A stretch of DNA of 64,000 nucleotides, taken from Eledone cirrhosa (taxonomy: Eukaryota). Below the pieces are notes generated by a model that saw nothing but the letters and a program-made list of their open reading frames with translations, made no database searches and was not told where the DNA came from. Location of the stretch: positions 992,001 through 1,056,000 of the forward strand of contig OZ024740.1 of the NCBI GenBank assembly GCA_964016885.1, given 5' to 3'. Shown in pieces: positions 38,326-51,018 of this stretch (position 1 is its first letter; each line of letters starts with the position of its first letter). Position numbers and translations under genes: made by a program.

Positions 38326-38698
38326 GGAGGCACATGGCTTAGTGGTTAGAGCATTGGCCTTGCAATCGAAAGGTTGTGAGTTCAATTCTCAGACCGTGTG
38401 ATGTGTTGTTTCCTTGAGCAAGACACTTTATTTCACATTGCTCCAGTTTACTCAGCTGTAGAAATGAGATGATAGGGACTGGGGTCCCTATTATTCCACT
38501 GCAAAAAAGCACCCAGCACTCACTGTAAATGAGGTTGGTGTTAGGAAGGGCATTCAGCTGTAGAAATCAAGCCAGAATCAGTTCCCATATGAGCAAGACA
38601 AGGTCAGCTGACTGGACACTGCCCACAACAGGACAACCCGTCTAACCCATGCTAATGTGGAAGAACAGACGTAAAACGGTGATGATGATGATGATGAT
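38326..38698 (+). mobile_element. Full-length CORE-type SINE family B with RTE tail
   Basis: A and B boxes, 'tccttgagcaagacacttta' core, RTE 3' UTR and (GAT)n. Confidence 0.9.
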
Positions 38699-38942
38699 AT
38701 GCATATATATAAGCACTTGCTTTTTCTTCACCCAAGATCAGTCTTACGATGTTATATGTCTTATTACTTGTACCAACTGAACTCTACATTACAACATTGT
38801 AGAAGAAGAAAACGGAGTTCTGCAGTCTTTTATGGACCCTTTGTATATTAGACTACATAACATCTATTAACCATATCTACATATCTTAATGTATCAGTAG
38901 AAGTGGTGAGAATCCTTTATGTAAAGATCACTAGCTAGAAAT

Positions 38943-39111
38943 ATGTCTGAATATAACTGTGAGAATTTGCAGGAAAACTTTCTCTTCAAGACTGACACTA
39001 TCCTCACGTGGGAAATTACACACTGAAGAAAAACACTTCCACTGTGAAATATGTGAGAAATCTTTCACATGGACTTCTTTGCTGGTTGTTCACAAATGTA
39101 GTCAACACTAG
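38943..39111 (+). pseudogene. Collapsed ZNF paralog (copy 3): first finger joined to last finger, frameshifted
   Basis: Same start context (ctagctagaaatATGTCTGAATAT) and same end (agtcaacac..gcgataaacc) as copy 2, but only two fingers. Confidence 0.9.
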
Positions 39112-41394
39112 CGATAAACCCGATCACTGTGAAATGTGAAACACACAAATATACAAACACACTCTGGAAAGAAGAAAATAAATATATATATGTGTGTCTG
39201 TCTGTGTGTATATATATATATATTGCTACTGAGGGTAGGATAACCTGATGAGCTGGCTCCTGTGGTGGATACCTAAACATTGTAAGACCCTAGTGGGATG
39301 ACTGAGATTGACCTACATAGATCAGATGTCTCAGGATGTCCAGCTGGAGATTAATGATCTCAGGAATGCCATGGAAGATCGTGATATCTAAAAAAGAATA
39401 GTAGAATTGTTCTGGCCAATCCACCTGACCTAATAAATGATAATTATAATAATATATATTAATGAACATTTATGGGGAAATATGTTAGAAATCATTCTCA
39501 GAGGTTTTGTATTGTAATCCACAAATACACCCTGTAGAAAGTTCCACTTCATATTATTTGTCATTAATGTTTCTTATAGAGACACAATCTCATTTCATTG
39601 TTGAGGGTGGTGGATTTGCAGAATCGGTAGAGTGTCAGACGATATGCTTTGTGTCATATAGTTACAGCCCTTTACATTCTGTGTTAAAATCCTGCTGAGG
39701 TTAGCTTTACGTTTCTTCCTCACAGTTTCAGTAAAACAATGTACGAGTAATCCATTGGGGTCGATTTAATTGGCATTACCCATTCTCTTCCAATTGCTGG
39801 ACTTAATTTAAAAGTAGAAACATTTATTTAGTCTTAAAATGGCTTTCTGCCATATTTCTTCTTGTTCTCTGCTCTCTGAGTTTAAATCTTGCTGAGGTCA
39901 ACTTTGCCTTTCATCCATTCAAGGTTGATAACAAAAAAGTACCAGTCTACCACAAGGGCCTGTTCTTCCTCTCTATATTTCTTTCTCACTTCCTCCCTCT
40001 CATTTTCTCTCCTTCTCTGGAAGAAATCACGTGTTCTAACCTGGTGAGTGAAGGGCTCGACCAAGCTTCAAATGTCCACAGTGACACCCCTATGACTCCA
40101 TCAGTGCAAGAAAAACAAAACAAGATTGATGTGTTTATATGTGTTATTTTACAAACACTAACTGGTTTATATTTATATTTATGACAAAATATCCACATTT
40201 ATGTGTAAATAAAAACAATTTTATAACTTTAATATTTGTTGGATGACAGTTCAAATTATGACTTTTTTTTTAGAAATAATTCACATTTGAAAATACTTTA
40301 CAATTTTCTTCTCTTGCCAAACAAAGGTTTGGTAGGACCCTTCAGTTGTGTCAAAGACATGACAACCTCTTTAGGACTGGTGCCACAATAAAATACACTC
40401 AGTAGAATGTGGGACCATATGTAAGAGAGATGTGGTCGCCCACTGCACCCTGGTTTGTAAAGACCTGTCCCACCCTTGCTAGCAGGGAAAGTAGACATTA
40501 AATGATGATCTATGATGTCATTGGTGCCAAGCTGTTTCAGCTATTCCCTTGGACAACATTATATATAATGTGTATGTAGTATATATATATAGTTTATATA
40601 TTGTCTATATGTAGCATATACTCTATATATGCAGTATTTATATATAGTGTATATTTTGTGTATATGTAGCGCATACACTCTATACATATTATTTATATAT
40701 ATATATATAGTGTATATATTGTGTATATGTAGCACATACACTATATACATAGTATTTATATGTGTATATATATATAGTGTATATTTTGTGTATCATCATT
40801 ACATCTACTTTTCCATGATTGCATGGGTTGGACGGGTCAGGCCCCGGTATTTAACTATCTTCCTCTTCTCTCTATTGCAGGTAGTAAAGCCTGGGTTTGT
40901 GGCCGCGGGGAAAAGGTTGGAGGCAGAGAATGATCCAACCCATGCTAAACCTCCAACTAAAACTGATACTTGTCTTTTTCAGCTGTGGAGATTAGAGACA
41001 TGTGGAATTACGTGTCTTGCTTAAGGTCACAATGTACCTCCCTGGCTGACAATTGAAAACATGATATTACAATATGTGTATGACTTCATTATAAAATATA
41101 TATGTGTTTGTATACATATATATAGTATATATTTGTGTGTATACATTGTCTCATTCCATGAGAGTAACTTGGTCAGCCTATGAACTCCTCATCCGACCCT
41201 TCTATATGTATATACATGTTTGTCTGTGTGTGTGTACATATGTATATAGAATATTGTCACAACTACTATATACACCACATATACACTATATATAATATTG
41301 TCCAATATATATAGACTATATATCATGTTGTCCATGGGAAAAGCTGATATAGATCGGCACCAGTGACATTACAACTATTATATACACTATATAT

Positions 41395-44300
41395 CATCAT
41401 CACCATTATCATTTAATGTCTATCTTCCACGCTAGCATGGGTTAGACAGGAATTGTCCCACTTGAGACAAGATTGATCGGGTGACCGTGTATCACTCATA
41501 TAGGACTGTATCTGGCAGGTTTTCTACAACTGGATGCCCTTCCTAACACCAACCACATTTCCAGTGTGGACTGGGAGTCTTTTCCTCATGACACCTACAC
41601 AACCTCTTTAGTTTGGAGTGGATGTTGTGGTACCAACATAACTTTACAGAGACAGGGTGGTGTTGGTGGGAGTGGGAGGATGGAGTACAGGTTGTGGGTT
41701 GGGTGTATATTTGGTTAAGAGAGGCCTACTGACTGTAGGTTAACTTTGCACGTAGGGAAGTCAGGCCTTCTCTGTTACTGTTTGGTGCCATAGATCTCGA
41801 ACCAGTGACATTGTCTTAGAGAGGTATAAGTGTGCAAGGTTGGATTTTATGTCGTCCCAGGTTTTTCTGGGTCTACCTACTCCGTAACTTCCATCAATTT
41901 TGATCACCCTGCACTTTTTTATAAAGCTGTCATCTTTCATGCACATCACATGACCATACCAACATAGTCTTCTCTCAAGTAAACAGCATCTGATCCCTCT
42001 TATTCCTAATTCTCACTTAGTTTGTTTATGTTTTGCCGTTCATGTATATTACAATTACACGTCCAACGGACCATGCATGCTTCGTTCCTTTCCAATCTGC
42101 GCAGGTCCTCTGCACACAATGCCCATGTCTCACTGCCATATAACATTGCTGTTCGTATACAAGCATCATACAATTTGCCTTTCATTTTTAGAGAGAAACC
42201 TTTTGTGGCCAACAGCGGTATAAGCTCTCTGAGCTTTTTCCATCCCTTTCTAACTCTGGTTCCTACACTTTCAGAGCACCCTCCACCACTGATTTTGTCA
42301 CCCAGGCAACGGAAAGTGTCCACTATTTCTATAGAACCATCTGGGCAATAGAAGGTGCTAGTATCCTGTGGGTACTTGCTTCTTATTTCACATGAGCATT
42401 GGCCACATATAAAATCTACATTCTTAGATAGCTTGCCTGTGATCTCACTACATGTACCCATAGTTTGGATTTGGGACATAGAATGGAATTTCTTCCTACT
42501 CATTTCCTACACACTGAGCATGGCACCAGTGCCCTATTTTCTTTTCTACATACTAGACCTTTAGTCTTAGACAAGTTAACTTTAAGGCCTTTTGATTCAA
42601 GGCCATGCCTCCATTTTTGGAATTTCTTCTGTAGTTCAGCCATAGATTCGGCTAGGAGAGTTAGAGCATCTGCATATAGAAGTTCCCATGGGCAGCTGGT
42701 CTCAAACCCCTCTGTTATAGCCTGAAGGGCAATAATAAATAGGAGGAAGCTAAGGATGGGCCTTGCTGAACACCTACTTTTACGCTAAATTCTTCACTAT
42801 ATTCATTGTTAATTTTAACCTTGCTGACTGTTTCTTTATACATGGCTTGTATAGCTCTCACAAGCCATTCATATACTCCTACATTTTTAAGAGCCCACCA
42901 GATAACGGAGCGGGGGACTCTGTCAAAGGCTTTCTCCAAGTCAACAAAAGCTAAGTATAAGGGGTTTACTTTTAGCTAGCTACTTCTCCTATAGTTGCTG
43001 TACAAGGAAAAAAGCATCTGTGGTATTTTACCTGGCATGAACCCAAACTGCATTTCAACTAGATCAATTTGGTCTCTGATTAGTTGTGCAATAACTCTTT
43101 CTGTGACCTTCATGACCTGGTCAACTACCTTAATGCCTCTATAACAAAATACTGATGTATATGAATATAACATGAGACGTGGTTTGTGTGTATAATATTT
43201 AATTAACAATTTGTGGATATATAGAACAGTATAGTTGACATGTCAATGAATAGATGAAAGAATGAAGCAAAGTTATTAGTTACCGTTTGGTCGCCAGGCG
43301 AACGCGCCTGGCGGAAGGCCATGAGCCGAAAAAGCAAATGAGAGAGAGGGAGCTGAAAGTTATTCGTTTTATAGGGTTCTGCCGGAAGTGATAAAAAGGG
43401 TTCTATCACTCCAACGGAAAGCAACTCCAGCTACTGCCTGTCTAGAGAGTGTTACTCTATTGGTGATGTGTGTGTCACAACAAGGGAGGCAACTCCTGCC
43501 ACATTACCTCCCGCCAAATTTTTAAAATATAAAAATCGTATGAAATATGTATGTCGTAAGTTGGCGAGAATGTTGTAACAGGCATGAAAATTACGAAAAA
43601 AAATAATGTTTGCAAAAATTAATGATAGATATCAAGGTAGCCAACCGCTCTTGGCCAGAGAACGACTGGACATCTATCTATCCATCACCCAAAGATACAA
43701 TGTAATCAAAGTAAGAGAAGAGCTCAAAGTTCAAATTACAGTTCACAGGTGTGCAATCACATGACAGCAGGAAAGAAAGTGTGTTCCAGAGAATAAATGC
43801 AGGTGGTTTCTGTTCTGTGGTATAACGTGAAATTTCCAACCTCCGAGTGGATTTCTCACAGGAAGAGTGCCGCAAAAATAAATTCTCTGGCTTGTTCTGC
43901 TGGTTTTGGTTGTTGATGAAGCTGTGTTGCTGTTGATGTTGTCTCGCGGGGTGAGCGTATTCGATGTTTAAATTCACAGTAAAATATTTTTTCAGAAAAA
44001 ATGAGTTGCGCAAAGTGCTAGAAATAACAGCCGAAGTTGATGGTCGATGTTGAGAATGCGTTGACCTGGAAGGGTCAAGAGGCCAGCGACCAAAGAAATA
44101 AGCATTCTGAATAAAGGCGCAGTTTTCAACGGCAAATTTACGGGGTAAATTTTTAAACCGGCAAATAGGAGAATATAGCTTAAGGCTGGAGAATCCTTGG
44201 CGAAAAACGTTATCCCTGGCGTGTGGCTATCTCCGTTAGTCGAGAATCCTGCTGCCTACACGTGCCAAAACAAGGTTAAGTTGAAAAAAAGAAATATTTC

Positions 44301-44512
44301 TATTGCGCGAGAAAATGATAGTGCAACAGGTCGTTGGCAGCCATTTTGAAAAAATGTGTGTGTGAAAGTGACAATGATGAAAAAGAAAGAAAGGCTTCAC
44401 TTAGTATAACAAATATGGCAAGTTCAATTTTTCTTTTGTGAACGATGAAAAAAACTTGAACGATGAAAAAAAGCAATAGTTGAGATTCATCGAAAATAAA
44501 TGGTTCATGTTG

Positions 44513-44551
<39 letters not shown>

Positions 44552-46580
44552 TTTTGTTTGTTTGTTTGTTTTTAAAGTGTTCGTTGTAAGAAGAAACGAA
44601 AAACATATATATACAGTGAAATGCGACAGTTAGTTGATGCGTGAGAGAAAAAGAGTCTGTCTGAACGAGAATTTCACATGTGCGTGTGTTCGTTTCTTTG
44701 ACTGCGTATTTTCATAGTTTGTCAATAAAATTTGCTGCGTATTCGTAATGTTACTCACACAACACCAGATTCTGCTATTTTTTCTTTTTTTTTCGGGGTC
44801 ACCACTTATAACAAAATACTGGGTTGTATAAGTATAACATTAGACGTGGTTTGTGTGTATAATATTTAATTAACAATTTGTGGATATATAGAACAGTATA
44901 GTTGACATGTCAATGAATAGATGAAAGAATGAAGCAAAGTTATTAGTTACCGTTTGGTCGCCAGGCGAACGCGCCTGGCCGAAGGCCATGAGCTGAAAAG
45001 GCAAATGAGAGAGACGGAGCTGAAAATTATTCGTTTTATAGGGTTCTGCCGGAAGTGATAAAAAGGGTTCTATCACTCCAACGGGAAGTAACTCCAGCTA
45101 CTTCCTGTCTAGAGAGCGTTACTCTATTGGTGATGTGTGTGTCACAACAAGGGAGGCAACTCCTGCTACACCTCTATAGTTTCCCCTATCTAGGGCATCT
45201 CCTTTACCCTTGTAGCAGTTAACGATGCTGCTGCTACGCCAGTCATCTGGTATGACCCCATTCTGTATTACTTGGTTTACTATCTGGGTGTCCATAGTAT
45301 GTTCCACCATTCCAGATGCTTTCAACATCTCAACAACTATCTCCAAAGGCCCAGCTGCCTTGCCCGTCTTCATATCTTTGATTGCCTTACTTACTATACT
45401 ACCATTAACTTGCACCGCTGGTCTCTCTATTGGATTGATTTGGGGCAGACTATCTTTTTCCCATTTATTTTCCTCATTTAGTAGTCTCTCGTAGTGACAC
45501 TTCCAAGCTACCTTCTTATCAGTATCAGTGACGGCAAGTACACCATCATCATTACGGACACACTTTTCCCTGAGAATATCACGGTTTTTCTTGACACTTT
45601 GTTTTGCGATCCTGAACACCTCACGTTGTAGAACATGGTTGAACTTTCTATTCTCTGCTTCCCTTCTTGCAAAGTACAATTGTCTCCTAGCCACCTAATA
45701 GTGTTCTCTACTTTCCCCATCCCACAATACTTTCCAAGCCTAATTGTCTCCTCCACCTCCAAGTTACTCTCCTCCTGCCTATAGGTCTGCTCCAGCAACA
45801 GATTTCATCTGTCGCCTTCAGCAGGTTAACTTTCAAGAATTCCCACTATCCCTCTATATTGTATGTCTCTAATTGCACCTCTTTACTGTCAAAAGCATTA
45901 ACTAATATGCTTTTAAATTTGTCACTGGCTGTGGGGTCCTTCAACTTCCATATTCTCCTTAAGGTAGTCCTCCTCTGTCGTCGAGTATGTCTAGTCCTGA
46001 CTGTGAGGTCACTAACTACTAGGCTATGTTGGGAGGTGAATTCTTCACAGGGGAGGGACTTAGTGTTTACAACAAACACTCTGTCACACACATCTTCTAG
46101 TAAGGATATCGTATATCTGGCTGGCGTGTTCCCCTGATCTACAGGTGATCAAGTGATTGTCTCGTTTTTTGAAGTTTGTGTGACAGGTAGTTAGGTTATT
46201 AGCGTCACAAAATTCCAGGATCCTGAAGCCTTCCTCATTTCTGGCATGAAACCCATAGCCTCCATGGATTCCATCATAACCATCACTATGTTGTCCAATG
46301 TGACCATTTAGTTCACCAGCAATAATTATGTAGTCACTGTTGGTTATTTGGGAGGAAGTGAGCATTAACAAATCATAGAACCTGTCTTTTATAACGTCAA
46401 GTATGCCAGATTGGGGTGCATAAGCGGATATTATTGTCATAGTAGTTCTATTTAGAACTAGTCTTATTTTAATTATTCTGTCGTTCACTCTATTTACGGC
46501 AATTGCCTTAGCTACCCATTTCTCTGCTAACATAATTCCTACTCCACTCAGCCCATCCAGAAAAGTTTATAGCATCTTTT
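41395..46580 (-). mobile_element. Decayed near-full-length RTE LINE (APE+RT), interrupted by an LTR element
   Basis: ORFs 46084-46533 (APE: SAYAPQ, GELNGHIG), 45119-45694, 42715-42939 and 42006-42503. Inverted paralog of 2490-4436. Confidence 0.9.
43140..45170 (-). mobile_element. Non-autonomous Gypsy-type (CsRn1-like) LTR retrotransposon
   Basis: 364-bp LTRs at 43140-43503 and 44807-45170. TSD CCTC. PBS TGGTGACCCCGA (44793-44804). PPT 43504-43515. Gag relic KPPAF..FDYIVS. Confidence 0.88.
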
Positions 46581-46584
46581 TTTA

Positions 46585-47740
46585 CCTACAATGATTCTAG
46601 CAGACAAACCCCTGCACCTAGTCTCTTGAACACACACACATATATATATACCTTGACTTTGCGAAAGCTTTCAATTCTGTGCCACACAAAAGACTTATGG
46701 CAAAACTCTCTGCAATGAAGGATGATCTTTTTAACTGGTTGAAGTCCTTCATTCTCAGTCGAAGAGAGATAGTCACGGTTCTGGGACAGCATTCCTCACC
46801 ATATGAGATGTCATCTGGTGTACCACAGGGATCTGTTCTTGGCCCCCTTTTGTTTGAGGCATATATTAATGACATAGATGCCAACTTAAAGAATGCCACA
46901 GTACGCAGATGACATCAAGCTGTACCTTGGGATAAAAAGGACAAAACCCAGCATCCACATACTCCCTCCACAGCACTAATATCAAGAAGTCTTCTTGTGA
47001 ACGTGACCTGGGCATTACGGTCAGCAGCAATTTGCGTTGGACGAAGCACGTCTCTAAAATTGTCAAGAGGGCTGAGGGTGTCTTAGCACCACTCAGCAAG
47101 ACCTTTGTCAGCCGCTCTCCAGCTATCTATTTAAGGCTGTACATGGCTATGGTGCGGCCACAATTAGAACTTTCAGTCTGGAACTCCTATCTTGCTCAGC
47201 ACATTGACCGCCTGGAAACTGTTCAGAGACGTGCAACCAAGCGAATACCCTCCATCAAGCATCTACCATACTCTGAACGCCTTGCTTCCCTGGGCATGGA
47301 TACATTGAAGCTCCGACGCCTGGCAACTGACTTGGTAAACACCCACAAAATTGTTAACCATCTTGCTAACAACAACCCTGAGTACCTTTTTGATCTCCAT
47401 GTGTCTAACACACGTGGACATGCCCACAAAGTCAGAAAACAGCACAGTTCCCATGACTTTCGGAAACATTTTTTCACGCTCAGAGTTGTTGAAGCATGGA
47501 ACAAACTACCTGCATCAGTTGTTAGCTGTCGAGACACTGCATCCTTTAAAGCCTCCATGCTTCCCGAGATTCGCCAACACTACACCTAATGTTCCCCCTC
47601 CATACACATAGACACATGTATATCATGACTCATACACTATTCACTTCCCTGACATTTGTGTATTATTCTATGTACTATACATGCACCTTTGACGAGTTGT
47701 AGTGCACCTGAGCACTTTACACAATAATTTCTTATTATTA
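46585..47740 (+). mobile_element. CR1/L2-group LINE 3' portion with internal deletions
   Basis: ORFs 46679-46912 (SGVPQGSVLGPLLF) and 47032-47589 (LETVQRRATK, TRGH, FFTLRVVEAWNKLP). (TTA)n tail. Confidence 0.9.
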
Positions 47741-48704
47741 TCAGCATGAACAGCCTGTTGGGGCCAGTTAGAACAGAAAATGTAAGAGAATTCTGGCCGT
47801 ATACGGACGGTTTAAATAAATGATTTAATAAATAACAGCTGTATTGAAACACTACTGTGTTGTTCTGAGATGATTTCAGTAGAATTTCAAATGGTAGAAG
47901 GACAAATATATTCTACATTTACTTTAATATAGATTTAAACAAAGATGTAGAATGTCAGAATTGGTAGTGTCAGATAACCTACCATTGCAGTATTTGTCCT
48001 GGTTCTTAACATTCTGAGTTCAAATCCCACTGAGGTAAATTTTATATTTCATTCTTCTAGGCTAGATAAAATATATTATATGTACTACTGTTGATTTAAT
48101 AAACTTTGTCCTTCCCCAAAATTGGTGGTCTTGAGCCTAATTTACAAATCAATAGAGATTTAACAAGTTTGTTGTTTAAAATTTCTCAAAACACTTTTAT
48201 TTAGTGTGACTAGTGCAGTAAATTGGCTGTAATCGATAGTCAGACAACAAGCTTTGGATCATATAGTTATGTCCTGTTACATTCTGAGTTCAAATCTTGT
48301 GGAGGGTAGCTTTCCCTTTCATCCATACATGGTTGATAAAATAAAGTACCAGTAATGCACTGATGTTGATTTAACTTTCCCCATCCCCAATATTATTGGG
48401 CCTGTGCCTACATCAAATACCATTATTTACTGTGTCTAAGAATACTCAGTAACCTATACTATCACTACCCCAATGATACCAGCCAAGACAGATAGAATTT
48501 TAAACATTTCAAATACCAATGAAGTGTTTGTGTTTATTTATTCTAACTACTTTCAAGATATCATTACATATGGTGTTCTTAACAGATATTTAGATGGGAA
48601 ATTAACAAAAATATTGAATCACAAACTGGACAAATTCCTCAAATGTTACTCTTTACTTAACAAAAATAGATTGAATTTCAGGAGATAAATATAGTTTATT
48701 TAAT

Positions 48705-49107
48705 CATCATCATCATCACCGTTTTACGTCCGTTCTTCCACGCTAGCATGGGTTAGACGGGTTGTCCTGTTGTGGGCAGTGTCCGGTCGGCTGACCTTGT
48801 CTTGCTCATACGGGAACTGATTCTGGCTTGATTTCTACAGCTGGATTCCCTTCCTAACACCAACCTCATTTACAGTGAGTGCTGGGTGCTTTTTTCCATG
48901 GCGCCTACACGTCCACTTTACAGTGTGGGCTGGGTGCTTTTTTGCACCTCCACGACCACTGCGGTCCCTATCATCTCATTTCTAAACTGGAGCAATGTGA
49001 AATAAAGTGTCTTGCTCAAGGAAACAACACATCACCCGGTCTGAGAATTGAACTCACAACCACTCGATTGACAGCCCAATGCTCTAACCACTAAGCCATG
49101 TGCCTTC
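48705..49107 (-). mobile_element. SINE family B with 7-bp TSD
   Basis: atttaat at 48698-48704 and 49108-49114. Empty site in the paralog near 25535. Confidence 0.9.
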
Positions 49108-49265
49108 ATTTAATATGTTATGAAAACCTAATAAATGATTTATGCTAAAAAGAAACAATATAAAAACCAGGAAAAGACATATACACTCCTTCAATTAAAT
49201 GTGTAAGGAATTGAACTAGGAACAGTAATTTGTAAATTTCTATTTCAACACAATAAAGCACAATA

Positions 49266-50097
49266 AACTGTAGAAATGTTGAACTGAAGAACTGTTGAAC
49301 TGGAGAAATGTCGAACTATAGAACTGTTGAAATGAAGAACTGTAGAACTGTTGAACTGAAGAACTGAAGAACTGAAGAACTGTAGAACTGTAGAACTGAA
49401 GAACTGTAGAACTGAAGAACTGTAGAACTGTAGAACTGAAGAACTGAAGAACTGTAGAACTGAAGAACTGTAGAACTGAAGAACTGTAGAAGTGAAGAAC
49501 TGAAGAACTGTAGAACTGAAGAACTGTAGAACTGAAGAACTGTAGAACTGAAGAACTGTAGAACTGAAGAACTGTAGAACTGTAGAACTGAAGAACTGTA
49601 GAACTGAAGAACTGTAGAACTAAAGAACTGTAGAACTGAAGAACTGTAGAACTGAAGAACTGTAGAACTGAAGAACTGTAGAACTGAAGAACTGTAGAAC
49701 TGAAGAACTGTAGAACTGAAGAACTGTAGAACTGAAGAACTGTAGAACTGAAGAACTGAAGAACTGTAGAACTGAAGAACTGTAGAACTGAAGAACTGTA
49801 GAACTGTAGAACTGAAGAACTGTAGAACTGAAGAACTGAAGAACTGAAGAACTGTTGAACTGTAGAACTGAAGAACTGTAGAACTGAAGAACTGAAGAAC
49901 TGAAGAACTGTAGAACTGAAGAACTGTAGAACTGAAGAACTGTAGAACTGAAGAACTGTAGAACTGAAGAACTGTAGAACTGAAGAACTGAAGAACTGAA
50001 GAACTGTAGAACTGAAGAACTGTAGAACTGAAGAACTGTAGAACTGAAGAACTGTAGAACTGAAGAACTGTTGAACTGTAGAACTGTAGAACTGTAG
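49266..50097. repeat. 8-bp satellite GAACTG(T/A)A, about 100 units
   Basis: Direct reading. Explains the spurious VLQFYSS ORFs. Confidence 0.97.
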
Positions 50098-50723
50098 CAC
50101 TCAAGTGAGGATGTAACAACACTGAATGTAATTCCATGGCAACAGAAATAATTGTGTACTCCTGGAGCTGTCAGGCTGTACTTCAAACCTGTTGGATAAA
50201 ATTGTGTACCCCAGTTTAGCTGAAGTATAATAGGCAAAAATATGAGCACACTTGAAACACATAATTGTGATATGATTGGTTGTCATTAAATAATTGAACA
50301 ATAACGCAGCACTTGTTAAATGGCATACAATGAGTTCAATATGTGATAATGTTGGTGAGCTTTCTAATATTTCTGAGACAAGGCACTCACAGCATTACTT
50401 CAGGTGATAGAGAGTCTCTCAATTACACACCACAACAGGGAATGTTTGTGTTGACCTCTAACATATCTGAGACAAGACACAGCATTAGTTCAGGTGATAG
50501 AGACAAGACAAATCATTACCTCAGATGATAGAGGGTCCCTCAATTACACATTACAACAGGGAATTTTAGCTGTTGCAAACAAATAAAAAAAGAAAAAAAG
50601 AATTTTACATTTACATCATTAAAAATGAATTTAGGAAGACAAAAGTTAGACATGCAAAGGATTTTGATTCCAGTTAAAAACATATTTAAGAAATGGAGTC
50701 TGTAGAAGGGTTATGGTTACATT

Positions 50724-51018
50724 TTTGATTTTGGTGGACAATAAGTTTAGACTGGTAAAAGGAAGGGTATCTCAGGGTTCACAGTTAAATAGTTTTATCA
50801 CCAGTGTGTGTGTTTCTAAGTTACTGTTAGTCACAAAATATTTCCCATATGTTTCACCAGGGAAGGTCCTTTTTCTGCAGTCTGAATATGTGGCCAACAT
50901 GAGTAGAATTCTCAATAAAAGATGTTCAGCATGTTTCACACTGGAAGTTTCTTTCCCCCAGTCTGAAGACATATATGTTTATTAAGTACCAAACTATCTG
51001 TAAAAGATTTCTCACATG
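50724..51018 (-). pseudogene. Decayed C2H2 ZNF relic, inverted paralog of 24428-24722
   Basis: GKYFVTNSNLETH in ORF 50772-50972. Confidence 0.75.

Noticed and set aside
38326-38400. tRNA gene
   Set aside because: A and B boxes continue into a SINE core and RTE tail, so this is a SINE head.
49240-50249. Long VLQFYSS-repeat ORFs (286, 273 and 209 aa)
   Set aside because: Stop-free translations of the 8-bp satellite in all three frames.
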